From Oligoflexales bacterium (GTDB taxonomy: Bacteria; Bdellovibrionota_B; Oligoflexia; Oligoflexales; Bog-1112): 59,726 nucleotides of DNA. The translations under genes were made by a program, and so were the position numbers. The notes under the pieces were generated by a model. The model was given only the letters and a program-made list of their open reading frames with translations, ran no database searches and was not told where the DNA came from. The stretch's first letter is position 1. Each line of letters starts with the position of its first letter. The stretch is taken from NCBI GenBank assembly GCA_045106415.1, contig JBGCEP010000037.1, positions 1 to 59,726 of the forward strand, read 5' to 3'. Below are positions 39,460 to 49,550 of the stretch, piece by piece.

Positions 39460-40716
39460 TTAAAACCCACTCGCCATGTCAAATATGGGTAAATACATAG
39501 CAACAACAATAAACCCGACCAATCCCCCTAAGACTGCAATTAAAAGGGTTGGAAGTTGGGCGAGAAAAACCTCTACAGCATGATCGACTTCTTCTTCATA
39601 ATAATCACTTATTTTTTGAAGCATTTGATCTAGAGAACCACTTTGTTCACCAATAGAAACCATAGAAATAACAATTTTCGGAAACACCTGCATACGTTTA
39701 AGAGGCTCTGTGAAATTTTCTCCTGAGGCTAAAGACTCTCTTAAACTTCTTACTAAACTCTCAATCCAAAGATTACCTGTTGAAACAGCACAAATATCTA
39801 AAGCTTCTAACAGACTAACCCCAGCAGAAAGCATTGATGCTAAAGTTGTCGAAAAACGAGCAAGCGAAGATTTTAACAATAAGCTTCCAACTATAGGCGA
39901 TTGAATAATAAGACGATCAAATGTGAAATGCCCTTTTGGGGTTTTGACCCACAAAGAAAAAATCATCATAGAAACAGCCAAACCACTCACAATATAAGCC
40001 CCATTATCAGAAAGGAAGTTTGAGACGTCGAGAACAAACTGTGTCATTTCAGGTAACGCTTGCCCAGTTTGCAAAGCCTGCTCAGCAAGAGCTGGGACAA
40101 CAAAAACCAACATGAAAGTCAAGACACCAACACCTGCAAAAAGAACAAAAGACGGATAAATCAAAGAAGAAACAACTTTAGACTTCATCTTTGCTTCTTT
40201 TTCAAGGTAGACAGCCAATTTCTCCAAAATACCTGCAAGTTGGCCACTCGCTTCTCCTGCTTGAATCATCGACAAATAAAGGTTTGTGAAAACCTTTGAT
40301 TCTTTCATCGCTTCAGATAAAGTCACGCCATTCTCTACTTGTTCTTTCATAGATTCAATAGCATCTTTAAACGCTCTATTGCTTTGATTTTCAGCCATAA
40401 GAGAAAGTGATTGCAACACAGGAATACCAGCTTTAATCATGGTGCTCATCTGTTTTGTGAACAACATAATATCTTTAATAGTTGGTTTTTGTGGGAATAT
40501 CTCTATTTGAACATTGTCATATTCATCTCTCCATATATTAATTATTTTTGACTTCGGGCTATCTTTTTCTTCGTTCTTCGACCCTGATATAATCTTAATA
40601 TTCGTAAGATTTAAATGCTTTAAGCGTTTTCTAGCAGTTGCGGCATCAGGCGCAGAAACCTTCCCTGACCTTTCAACTCCATTTTTTTGAAGCGCTTTAT
40701 ATTTAAATTCTTTCAT
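39460..40716 (-). CDS. pilC: Type IV pilus platform protein PilC (GspF family)
   Basis: FTKQMSTMIKAGIP, AGEASGQL, LIYP, GEQSGSL, AMYLPIF. Confidence 0.95.
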   Translation of the reverse strand: MKEFKYKALQKNGVERSGKVSAPDAATARKRLKHLNLTNIKIISGSKNEEKDSPKSKIINIWRDEYDNVQIEIFPQKPTIKDIMLFTKQMSTMIKAGIPVLQSLSLMAENQSNRAFKDAIESMKEQVENGVTLSEAMKESKVFTNLYLSMIQAGEASGQLAGILEKLAVYLEKEAKMKSKVVSSLIYPSFVLFAGVGVLTFMLVFVVPALAEQALQTGQALPEMTQFVLDVSNFLSDNGAYIVSGLAVSMMIFSLWVKTPKGHFTFDRLIIQSPIVGSLLLKSSLARFSTTLASMLSAGVSLLEALDICAVSTGNLWIESLVRSLRESLASGENFTEPLKRMQVFPKIVISMVSIGEQSGSLDQMLQKISDYYEEEVDHAVEVFLAQLPTLLIAVLGGLVGFIVVAMYLPIFDMASGF

Positions 40717-41813
40717 GAACGACCAATTTTATTTTTACTTAACATTTCTTGAAATTCAATCGAATTATAAGATGCATTTAAAGCTACATCGATAGATATT
40801 TGTTGCGTACGCACAAGATTCATAAGGCTTTGATTCAATGTGAACATTTGTGTTTTTTCTTGACCAACCTGCATCTGAGAATACACTTGATGCATTTTAC
40901 CTTCTCTTATTAAGTTCCTCACAGCACTATTCGGTATAAGCGCCTCCATGGCCATGACTCTCCCCCCTCGAATTGATGGGAGTAATGTTTGAGCTAAAAC
41001 AGCAGTGAGACTAAATGAAAGTTGCGTCTGGATTTGTGATTGTTGATGACTAGGAAACACATCAATTATCCTTGATAAAGTCGCAATTGCTGAATTTGTA
41101 TGAAGCGTTGCTAGAACTAAATGGCCCGTCTCAGCCATTGTCATTGCCATCGAAACACTATCTTGGTCACGCAACTCGCCAACTAATACAACATCTGGAT
41201 CTTGCCTAAGAGCACTTTTTAAAGCACGAGAAAAAGATTCACTATCCCTTCCAATTTCTCTTTGATTTACCAAACTTTTTTTATGAACATGTAAAAATTC
41301 TATTGGATCCTCTAATGTCACGATATGTTTTTGTTGATGTGAATTTATATCGTCAACCAAAGCAGCTAGAGTTGTTGATTTACCAGATCCAGTTGGACCT
41401 GTGACTAAAATCAAACCTTGTTTTTCTTTTGTTAAATTTTGAATCACTCGCGGAAGTTTAAGGCTATTTAAAGTTGGTATATTAAGAGGAATCCATCTAA
41501 AAACTCCAGACAAACTTCCTTTCTGAAAAAAGACATTTGCTCTAAACCGCCCTACCCCCCCAACTTGGAAAGATAAATCTATTTCTTTATTACGCTCGAG
41601 TACATTTCTTTTTTCCTCCGTCAAAACTGATGTACATAATAAATGTGTATCTTGAGGAGTCAAAACATCTAGGTCCAAGGCAAGAACAACACCATTGACT
41701 CTCATACGAGGAGACGACCCAACAGCTAAATGCAGGTCACTTCCTCCTTGATCCACAAGAGCTTTCAACAGTTGAGAAAGTGTATAAGGTAAATTATTTT
41801 GATCTTCAGACAA
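40713..41813 (-). CDS. pilT: Type IV pilus retraction ATPase PilT
   Basis: GPTGSGKST, EDPIEF, LRQDPD, TLHT, AVRNLIRE motif. Confidence 0.96.
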   Translation of the reverse strand: MSEDQNNLPYTLSQLLKALVDQGGSDLHLAVGSSPRMRVNGVVLALDLDVLTPQDTHLLCTSVLTEEKRNVLERNKEIDLSFQVGGVGRFRANVFFQKGSLSGVFRWIPLNIPTLNSLKLPRVIQNLTKEKQGLILVTGPTGSGKSTTLAALVDDINSHQQKHIVTLEDPIEFLHVHKKSLVNQREIGRDSESFSRALKSALRQDPDVVLVGELRDQDSVSMAMTMAETGHLVLATLHTNSAIATLSRIIDVFPSHQQSQIQTQLSFSLTAVLAQTLLPSIRGGRVMAMEALIPNSAVRNLIREGKMHQVYSQMQVGQEKTQMFTLNQSLMNLVRTQQISIDVALNASYNSIEFQEMLSKNKIGRS

Positions 41814-41824
41814 AATACTTCTCC

Positions 41825-43513
41825 TTATTCGTCTGGTGACGTCATACGAGTCACTTCTGAAAGAGGCACAACACCTTGAGCCATTTTTCTAATCGCCGAC
41901 ATCCTAAGTGTTGAAAAACCTGTTTTAACAGCAGCATTCCTGACATCTCGTGTAGATTGGCCCCCAGAAATAATCAATTTCAATTGGTCGTTAACATCTA
42001 AAATTTCATGTACAGCAATTCGACCTTTTAGCCCTGTATTGCCACACGAGTAACAACCTTTTCCTTTATAAGCATGAATCTTGCCTAAATACTGCTCAGG
42101 CACACCAATGTCTTTCAAAATTTCTGAAGTCACATCTTCATCTATTTCTCGGCATTTTGTACAAATTCGGCGCAAAAGTCTCTGAGCTGTTACACTACGT
42201 AACGCTCCAGCTAAATTAAACCGTTCAACCCCCATGTCCAAAAGGCGAGTAATTGTTTCAATAGCGCTATTTGTATGAAGAGTGGATAAAACAAGATGAC
42301 CTGTCAAAGCTGCTTTTATAGCAATTTCTGCTGTTTCTTGGTCCCTTATTTCACCAACCATGATAATATCTGGATCTTGACGCAGAAAAGATCGAAGCGC
42401 TGCTGCAAAGGTTAAATCAATATCTGCACGAATCTTAACTTGATTAATACCTGATAAATAATATTCAACAGGATCTTCTGCTGTCATAATATTACTTTGC
42501 TCTTTATTCAAATCTGAAAGAGCAGAATAGAGCGTTGTTGTTTTTCCTGAGCCAGTAGGACCCGTTACAAGCACCATACCTTGAGGCATATAAATTGCCT
42601 TACGAAAGACATCAAGTTGAAAATCTTCCATTCCTAGCTGCGTCATATCAACTTGTAAGTTCGTACGATCAAGAAGTCGCATAACAATTTTTTCACCATA
42701 GGATGTTGGTAATGTAGATACTCGAAACTCAACTTCTTTACCTCTAACCGTTGCTTGAATAGCCCCATCTTGGGGTAAGCGCGTTTCTGCAATATCAAGG
42801 CCTGACATAATTTTAATGCGCGACACCAGGGCAGGGCTCATTCCTGGGTCTTGACGAAAAGCTTCTGTCAAAGTGCCGTCAATTCTTAAACGGACACGCA
42901 TCGTATTTTCATATGTTTCCAAATGAATATCTGAGGCCTTTACCTCAACACAACGCGTCAACATATTATTCACAAATCTAATAACAGGCCCATCATCTCC
43001 ACCATTTCCCGTTCCATTTGCTAAATCTGATCTTTTATCTACTCTTTTGCGTGAACTCGGAGCTCCTTCTCCAACATCCATTTTTAATGCGCCATAGCAT
43101 TTCTGTATTGCTTGATCGAGATGAGATGGAAGGGCAAGAATTGGTCGAATCATATATCCACTCGTTTTCCAGCGGATCATTTTAATAACTTCTAGGTTTA
43201 AAGGGTCCGCCATTGCGACCATGATATTTTGCCCAGCCCGATCAATAGGCACAACTCGATAAGTTTCAGCAGCATCACCTGGAATGAGCTTTACGACACC
43301 CATTGGAATGTCTTTTTCCGCTAAATTAACCCATTTACAATTATAAAAAGAAGCAAAAGACTCTAGTAATTGCTGTTCTGATAAGTGATCATAAGTTTTC
43401 TCAACAACTCGCAAAAGAGGTTCGTTTTTACTTTGTGCGGTCTGAACAATATCTTGAGCATCTTCACTTGATAACCCAAAAGAGCTCATTAAGAAATTTT
43501 CTACACGACTCAT
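41825..43513 (-). CDS. pilB: Type IV pilus assembly ATPase PilB
   Basis: ASDIH, RLPQDG, GPTGSGKTT, LRQDPD, CTKC...CYSC zinc motif. Confidence 0.96.
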   Translation of the reverse strand: MSRVENFLMSSFGLSSEDAQDIVQTAQSKNEPLLRVVEKTYDHLSEQQLLESFASFYNCKWVNLAEKDIPMGVVKLIPGDAAETYRVVPIDRAGQNIMVAMADPLNLEVIKMIRWKTSGYMIRPILALPSHLDQAIQKCYGALKMDVGEGAPSSRKRVDKRSDLANGTGNGGDDGPVIRFVNNMLTRCVEVKASDIHLETYENTMRVRLRIDGTLTEAFRQDPGMSPALVSRIKIMSGLDIAETRLPQDGAIQATVRGKEVEFRVSTLPTSYGEKIVMRLLDRTNLQVDMTQLGMEDFQLDVFRKAIYMPQGMVLVTGPTGSGKTTTLYSALSDLNKEQSNIMTAEDPVEYYLSGINQVKIRADIDLTFAAALRSFLRQDPDIIMVGEIRDQETAEIAIKAALTGHLVLSTLHTNSAIETITRLLDMGVERFNLAGALRSVTAQRLLRRICTKCREIDEDVTSEILKDIGVPEQYLGKIHAYKGKGCYSCGNTGLKGRIAVHEILDVNDQLKLIISGGQSTRDVRNAAVKTGFSTLRMSAIRKMAQGVVPLSEVTRMTSPDE

Positions 43514-43533
43514 GCCCCGACCCCCCAAACATA

Positions 43534-43561
43534 GGATCGGCAGTGAAAGCTCTTAGCTCAA
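43534..43561 (-). promoter_or_regulatory. Sigma-28 (FliA)-like promoter upstream of pilBTC
   Basis: Minus strand TTGAG-N16-CCGATCC (GCCGAT -10). Confidence 0.4.
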
Positions 43562-43580
43562 GCTGATGAGAAATCTCAAA

Positions 43581-44366
43581 CTAAGAATGATCTCTTTTAT
43601 ATAGCTCTAATACGTTTTCATGCCGCCATCGACCACTATTAAGGTGCTTTCTTGCAAACTCAGAAAGAATACGCATCTGCCTATAATCTTTTAATTTCTT
43701 ACTCTCTTTTATCTTTTTAACAATCCAGTTGTGAGCTACTTTAGGGTGTTCTAAAACTCCATTGGACATTTGCCAAACGCCCTCTATGGGAAAAATAAAC
43801 CCTTGAAGGACACAACCTTTGCTATAGCCACCAATATTTCCTGCCCAATTTTTTCTCAGAAAAAGCTTTTCTTGATCTTCCAAAAGATCCCGTACAATGA
43901 TTCCTTCTTTTTGAACTTTTTCAACACCAAACAAAGAATGACGATATTCTCTTAATATTTTTAATTTTTTAATATTTTCATCTGAAATATGTTCACGTAT
44001 CGGCGCATTTTCCAGCACATCTTCCAACGGAGTCCTACCTTGCGCTGTATACTCATCTGCCACAGGCCTTGCAAAGCTACAATAGTCTAAAAAATAGGCC
44101 ATTCGAGCGTGATAAGAAGCTTCATCATAAAAACTCTTACCCATCAACCCATCAAATTCTTCTTTAGCGCGCACAAACTCTGTTTCTTGATACCTTTGAG
44201 CACCCCAAGATACTATCAAATCAACCAAACCTTCTAAGCTTGAATCCGACTTCAGCTTAGACCATATATCCATCTTTTCTCGACAGACTACGCCTGAAAT
44301 ATCACCAAATTCGCTAGGTTTAATTGCATCATACTGAATGTGTTTAGCACGCGGCTGAAACTTCAT
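43581..44366 (-). CDS. Conserved-looking hypothetical cytoplasmic protein
   Basis: 261-aa ORF with ATGA overlap to the upstream adenosyltransferase gene. Confidence 0.75.
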   Translation of the reverse strand: MKFQPRAKHIQYDAIKPSEFGDISGVVCREKMDIWSKLKSDSSLEGLVDLIVSWGAQRYQETEFVRAKEEFDGLMGKSFYDEASYHARMAYFLDYCSFARPVADEYTAQGRTPLEDVLENAPIREHISDENIKKLKILREYRHSLFGVEKVQKEGIIVRDLLEDQEKLFLRKNWAGNIGGYSKGCVLQGFIFPIEGVWQMSNGVLEHPKVAHNWIVKKIKESKKLKDYRQMRILSEFARKHLNSGRWRHENVLELYKRDHS

Positions 44367-44926
44367 AACTGCTTCCTTTGACTCCACAACACTTCCCTCA
44401 CACCACGACTGACACAGCACCAGCGACTCATAACAAAAAACCAATCGCTCAGCCGGTTCAAATAGACTCTTACGACATCACGAACGTCTTCTTCACATCC
44501 AAGGCTCACAACACATCTCTCAGCTCTTCGACAGACAGTTCTAGCCATATGCAAATAAGCATTTCTAAGATCACCACCAGGTAACACAAAGTTCTCTAAC
44601 GGGGGAAGCTTCTCATTCACTTCATCCATTTTTTTTTCAAGAAAATTAATATCTCCTTGATCAAGTACTTGTACTTTATCAAAACCTGGAACAGAAAGCT
44701 CACCACCAATATCAAATAAATGATTTTGCACTCGCTCCAAGTCAGCACTCCAAAGAGCATCTTCTTTTGAACAAACTTGCAACACAAGGCCAACCCATGA
44801 GTTCAGCTCATCAACTGTGCCATAGGCTTCTATCCGCGAAGATGACTTCAAAACCTTTCGGCCTGTACCCAAACATGTCATCCCTTTGTCTCCAACGCCA
44901 GTATAAATTCGATCTAAACGCGACAC
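44363..44926 (-). CDS. ATP:cob(I)alamin adenosyltransferase, PduO type
   Basis: IYTGVGDKGMT, YGTVDELNS, FVLPGG, RTVCRRAER, YLNRLSD; GTG start at 44926. Confidence 0.95.
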   Translation of the reverse strand: MSRLDRIYTGVGDKGMTCLGTGRKVLKSSSRIEAYGTVDELNSWVGLVLQVCSKEDALWSADLERVQNHLFDIGGELSVPGFDKVQVLDQGDINFLEKKMDEVNEKLPPLENFVLPGGDLRNAYLHMARTVCRRAERCVVSLGCEEDVRDVVRVYLNRLSDWFFVMSRWCCVSRGVREVLWSQRKQL

Positions 44927-45011
44927 ATGATCACCTATATAAAGAAAGCAGAAAATCATCATAGCCTATCTCAGAATAGAGATGCACCTGGGGATCACCA
45001 TTTATAATGAA

Positions 45012-46214
45012 TTAATTACAAAGACTAGGAGGTTCTGCGTCTGAGCCTGAACCTAGCAAACCTTCATAGGAGCTACAAAGGTCTGATTTCTCATCTTCAG
45101 TCAAAGAACCGGCTGGAATTTCTTCGATCTGCTCTGAAACAGACGCTGCAATATCCTTGGTGAAGTCCCCTCTAGCCGCACTGGCTTGCTGCGCAGAACT
45201 ATCTACGCCACTGGCATTGTCCCTAACATCTTGAATATCCTCTAGAGATTTATCCAAAGATTCTGTTAGAGATTCAGGAATTCCTTCCAACCCCTTAAAA
45301 GCCGCTGAAACTGATAGCAAATCATTAATCATGGCTTGAAACTGCGCCTGTGGGTAGGATTCGCTACAGAAACCACTCACAGGCATGACTTTATCTACAA
45401 TTTCTGTCAACTCATCAACACTCGAAAGGTATGCTGCTATTTCGCGGGGATCACTCACATTTGTATTTTTTAAACGATCAGCTCGAAGTTCTAAGTTTGT
45501 CTTATCTTCCGCATTTGCAATAGTTGAGTAAGTCAAAACCGAATGAAACGCGAGCGCTTCTGTTAGGTGGGCAAACGCCCACAAAGAATTGGCTTGTGAT
45601 GACTTTTGAGCGGGCTTTATAGGTGCATCACACTCATGGCGGAAATCTTCTGCAAGACGAGCTTCTTCATTGACATAAGGACACGCTAAAGCAATTGCTT
45701 GATTAACCAATCTTAGTTTCTCAACAACAACACGTGCCTCCCCAGCACAAATTGGGACAATCACAGGAAGATCTGAAACAGAGGTGTTCAGTTCACCCAA
45801 CAAAGCAAACTCATCATCCGAAATAGCCACCGCACCTTTTAGCTTATCTAAAGTTTCATTCGAGCCCTCTCCACTAGAGTCAGAACTCTCTTCAGAAGCC
45901 TCTTCTTCCTCTTCCTGTGCTGCTAAACCCACTAAAATATCAAAAGGTGCAACTCCAGCAAGACCTAAATAAACATAGCCCAGTAATAAAGCAGCATCTT
46001 CTGATCCAGGATTCAGTTGTTCTGCTGCTTCCGCAAATCCTTGAGCTTCTTCATATGCACCGGCATTAAAAGCTGCTCGCGCCCTTGTTAGATAAACGTC
46101 ATAAGCTTCACTGTGTTCCTCTCCCAAAAGATAATAATAAGGATTTGAAGAAGAGCCACAGCTGGTCATAACTAAAGAACACAGAAAAGATGCCAAATGG
46201 ATATTTCGTTTCAT
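45012..46214 (-). CDS. Acidic lipoprotein with N-terminal TPR-like helix pair
   Basis: MKRNIHLASFLCSLVMTSC lipobox; ARAAFNAGAYEEA...LNPGSEDAALLLGYVY TPR pattern. Confidence 0.75.
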   Translation of the reverse strand: MKRNIHLASFLCSLVMTSCGSSSNPYYYLLGEEHSEAYDVYLTRARAAFNAGAYEEAQGFAEAAEQLNPGSEDAALLLGYVYLGLAGVAPFDILVGLAAQEEEEEASEESSDSSGEGSNETLDKLKGAVAISDDEFALLGELNTSVSDLPVIVPICAGEARVVVEKLRLVNQAIALACPYVNEEARLAEDFRHECDAPIKPAQKSSQANSLWAFAHLTEALAFHSVLTYSTIANAEDKTNLELRADRLKNTNVSDPREIAAYLSSVDELTEIVDKVMPVSGFCSESYPQAQFQAMINDLLSVSAAFKGLEGIPESLTESLDKSLEDIQDVRDNASGVDSSAQQASAARGDFTKDIAASVSEQIEEIPAGSLTEDEKSDLCSSYEGLLGSGSDAEPPSLCN

Positions 46215-46240
46215 CAGCACCTCCGATAAGAGCTTTTCTC

Positions 46241-46269
46241 ATTATCGGTATCCTGTCGATAAAACTAAA
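46241..46269 (-). promoter_or_regulatory. Sigma-28 (FliA)-like promoter
   Basis: Minus strand TTTAG-N16-CCGATAAT about 27 bp upstream of the lipoprotein start. Confidence 0.5.
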
Positions 46270-46275
46270 GAAACA

Positions 46276-47244
46276 TTAAACAAGTAGGCCAGAGCGCTGC
46301 TTCACCTCAGCCAGCAGAGGTTGCGCTGTCAGTCGCGCTTTCGCAGCTCCCTGGAGAGCTAAGTCCATCATATCATTTGGTCTTTTCATCCAATCAAAAA
46401 AAGCATCACGCCCCTCACTGAACTCTTCTTGAATCTTTACTAGTAATTCTTTTTTCGCATGACCAAACCCATAACCGCCAGCGCGATATTTATCAGCCAT
46501 TTCCGCCTGCTCATCTTGGCTTGAAAAGAATTGGTAAAGACGGTAGACATGACATTTTTCAGGGTCCTTCACATCGTCGAGCCCTTCCGAGCTGGTCACA
46601 ATAGACATCACTCGTTTTTTCCACTCTTTATCTGTTGCAAAGAGCGGAATCACATTATCCGTTGATTTCGACATCTTTGCACCGTCAACACCAGGGACCA
46701 ACCCAACATCCTCAGCGATTAAGACCTCTGGAACAGTCAAACACTCCCCATAATGGTTATTCCATTTCACAGCCAAGTCCCGAGTTACTTCTAAGTGTTG
46801 TTTTTGATCTTTCCCAACAGGGACCATATCTGCTTTGAAGGCCAGAATATCCGCTGCCATCAAGATCGGGTAGTTAAACACACCCATGTTTACTTCTTGT
46901 TCTTTTGCCACAGCATCTTTATATGCAACAGATCTTTGCATCAACCCATAAGACGCCCAACACCCTAAATGCCAGGCCAACTCAGTAATTTCTGGTACCA
47001 TAGATTGGCAATAAAGCGTGACATCGTCTTTATACAATCCACAAGCCAAAAGCGAGGCAAGCATAGCTTGGCTTCTATGCTTAAGATCTTCAGCTTGAGG
47101 CTGCCCATTCAAAGAATGTAAATCAGCCACAAAAAAGAAGAGCTCATGCTGTTTCGACAGTTCTATCGCGGGCTGAAAAGCACCTAAATAATTGCCCAGA
47201 TGGGGGGTTCCACTACTTCTAGCACCGGTCAATACTCTTTTCAC
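46276..47244 (-). CDS. trpS: Tryptophan--tRNA ligase
   Basis: HLGNY, YPILMAADI, PVGKDQKQHLE, KMSKS; GTG start at 47244 after GAGGTG. Confidence 0.97.
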   Translation of the reverse strand: MKRVLTGARSSGTPHLGNYLGAFQPAIELSKQHELFFFVADLHSLNGQPQAEDLKHRSQAMLASLLACGLYKDDVTLYCQSMVPEITELAWHLGCWASYGLMQRSVAYKDAVAKEQEVNMGVFNYPILMAADILAFKADMVPVGKDQKQHLEVTRDLAVKWNNHYGECLTVPEVLIAEDVGLVPGVDGAKMSKSTDNVIPLFATDKEWKKRVMSIVTSSEGLDDVKDPEKCHVYRLYQFFSSQDEQAEMADKYRAGGYGFGHAKKELLVKIQEEFSEGRDAFFDWMKRPNDMMDLALQGAAKARLTAQPLLAEVKQRSGLLV

Positions 47245-47335
47245 TAAACACCTCTTTTCACACACAAGCGCCATAAGGCGAACACCTTTATGGTCAAGCC
47301 AAGCATTCAAGTATTTCTCACTCACTTTTTCAATT

Positions 47336-47370
47336 CAAGCTTTAATCACATGCAACAAGCTTTAGTCACA
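47336..47370. repeat. 15-bp direct repeat pair in the trpS/ihfA divergent promoter region
   Basis: CAAGCTTTAATCACA (47336-47350) and CAAGCTTTAGTCACA (47356-47370), 20-bp period. Confidence 0.6.
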
Positions 47371-47532
47371 AGTTTTTCACCAGATTTTCAATGAATTCCA
47401 AATTCAACTTTACGTAAGTATGAGTTATGAATATGTTGATTAAAGATCTATAATTTTGACATATTGCCTGCACAAAATATAATTTTAGACTTGGGAAGAA
47501 CTCCCATAGACGACGCAAACAGGAGAGAGAGC

Positions 47533-47832
47533 ATGACCCTAACTAAGGATGTCCTTGTCGAGATGATTCGAGATAAGGTTGGATACCCGGTCAAAGAGGC
47601 AAAAGAAATCTTAGAAATGATCCTTGAAGAAGTGAAGGTTCAACTCGAAGAAGGTCGTGAGGTCAAAATTTCTGGCTTTGGTAAGTGGACAGTCAAACCC
47701 AAAAGATCTCGCCCAGGACGCAACCCACACACTGGACAACGCATTGAAATTTCAGCTCGACGCGTCGTCACATTTCACCCGTCTGACAAACTCCGTGACA
47801 CTGTCAATGAGAGTTGGGCCGCAAGAGACTAG
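47533..47832 (+). CDS. ihfA: Integration host factor alpha-like (HU/IHF family)
   Basis: MTLTK, VKISGFG, RPGRNPHTG, ISARRVVTF; AGGAG SD. Confidence 0.88.
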   Translation: MTLTKDVLVEMIRDKVGYPVKEAKEILEMILEEVKVQLEEGREVKISGFGKWTVKPKRSRPGRNPHTGQRIEISARRVVTFHPSDKLRDTVNESWAARD

Positions 47833-47835
47833 TCA

Positions 47836-47866
47836 AAGAGGGTTGATACTTTTCAACCCTCCTTTT
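47836..47866. terminator. Hairpin between convergent ihfA and lgt
   Basis: GAGGGTTGA / TCAACCCTC stem. Confidence 0.6.
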
Positions 47867-48620
47867 CATCCATTCTATTTCGTTGTAATTTTTTCCATAT
47901 GAAACTCAACAAAACACATATCAAGCAAACAATGCTCACCCATTGAGAAGGAGAGTACCCAAACATGAAACCTCCTCGTGGATCAGCTCGGTAGAATTCA
48001 TTGATAAATCTTTGCCCTGCATAACCTGCGATGAGAAGCAAACCTAAGCTACCAGCTCCCCAGTTTTTCTGTACGAATGACCAAGACCTCACCCCCAGCA
48101 TCACTATGCAAAATACAACGACCGACTCAAACAGTTGAATAGGAACACGAGTTTCCGGGGAGGCATGCGAAACAAATGCAACGGCATACCAAGCTTGGCT
48201 CACAACTCCAAAGTCATCTCCATTTAAAAAACATCCGATACGGCCAATGCTGATTGCAAGCAGCCCTCCCATCATTCCCAAATCAAAAAGGATTGCTTTA
48301 TCAGGAGCACACCTTCCATATAGCCAAGAGCCACCGCATAAGATTGCTCCAAGCAACCCGCCGTACATGGTCATAGCACCAGTCTCAAAAATCTCTGCCC
48401 AACGAGGAGATTGAGATTCAAAAGCAATGGAAAAAAGGCGAGCTCCAAAATACCCTGAAACATAGCAAACACTATACATAAGGCGGACTTCTCGAATGAA
48501 TTCGGCTGTACGATCGCGAGAAAGCCACAGCATAAGACTCCAAGATGCTAGAGCGGCAACAATATACATGACGTGCCAACTAGGCAAAACCCAGCCCCAA
48601 AATACAAATGTAGGCTTCAT
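47853..48620 (-). CDS. lgt: Prolipoprotein diacylglyceryl transferase family protein
   Basis: GARL, MYGG, GRIGCFLNG, PIQLFE, RFINEFYR. Confidence 0.9.
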   Translation of the reverse strand: MKPTFVFWGWVLPSWHVMYIVAALASWSLMLWLSRDRTAEFIREVRLMYSVCYVSGYFGARLFSIAFESQSPRWAEIFETGAMTMYGGLLGAILCGGSWLYGRCAPDKAILFDLGMMGGLLAISIGRIGCFLNGDDFGVVSQAWYAVAFVSHASPETRVPIQLFESVVVFCIVMLGVRSWSFVQKNWGAGSLGLLLIAGYAGQRFINEFYRADPRGGFMFGYSPSQWVSIVCLICVLLSFIWKKLQRNRMDEKEG

Positions 48621-49411
48621 ACTCCCTCCTCTAAAGGTCCTGTGGGCTCATTGTGTCGTAACCATGGGCAGCGAAAAATCACAGCACCTTCCAAGATTAA
48701 AAGCACGCCACACCCAAGGCTGTTGATTAAGGTGACATTTTCAGCAAACCAGTGCAAAGCGCACCACACCAACATGGAGTGGCTTCCTAGCCAATACATC
48801 CAAAAAAAAGAAAATGCATAACGATATTTTTTAAAAGATAGATCTGACAGAAGGAAAGGGTGAGACTCCTTCAAGAAAAAAAGACTCAACAACAACCCAA
48901 TGACACACAAAATCGAGATCATAGTGACATCCACGGCTCTACCCAGCGCTATCACAAGCAAAGCTTGCCCCAGAAAGGTATAGAATAATAAGGAAGGAAT
49001 TCTCATAGCAACAAGAGCATGAGTAGCGCACAGTGTGGCTCCAATAACATAGAATATCTCTACATCCAGACCTACTGTTTGTTGAAACCCCCACAACCAC
49101 AAAAACAACACATCTAAAGCATCAAAAAAGAAAGGAATACAAGCCCACTGACGCCATCTCCAATGTTTTTGAAAAATAACACTGAAAGTCGCTGCAGCAA
49201 AAGCGATAGAAGATGAAAAAAAATAAATTCCCCCTATACCCCCCCACAAAAAAGTATCCCAAAAAAGGCTTTTTCTCACTCTCGAAAAAATGAGCTTTCC
49301 ATTATTAGACAACCTCATGAGTATTAAAAATTCATAGGATTTTTTCACAGCAGCCCATACCCACCAAATCCAAAAAATATATTCTAGGTTTATATACTGA
49401 GAAACTTCCAA
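48617..49411 (-). CDS. Hypothetical polytopic membrane protein
   Basis: 264-aa hydrophobic ORF with stop overlapping the lgt start. Confidence 0.6.
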   Translation of the reverse strand: MEVSQYINLEYIFWIWWVWAAVKKSYEFLILMRLSNNGKLIFSRVRKSLFWDTFLWGGIGGIYFFSSSIAFAAATFSVIFQKHWRWRQWACIPFFFDALDVLFLWLWGFQQTVGLDVEIFYVIGATLCATHALVAMRIPSLLFYTFLGQALLVIALGRAVDVTMISILCVIGLLLSLFFLKESHPFLLSDLSFKKYRYAFSFFWMYWLGSHSMLVWCALHWFAENVTLINSLGCGVLLILEGAVIFRCPWLRHNEPTGPLEEGV

Positions 49412-49550
49412 AAAAGACCTCTGAATGCAATATTTATGAATGGAGAAAACACACAGATCATCTCTTATCTATCATAGAGATGCTAGATCAGGATTGCTTT
49501 TATCAGCAAGAATTCATACTGTTCAGCATTAATTTAAGGAGAGAACACTC

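Noticed and set aside
44927..45011. Cobalamin riboswitch before the adenosyltransferase
   Set aside because: The spacer is only 85 bp and shows no B12 box
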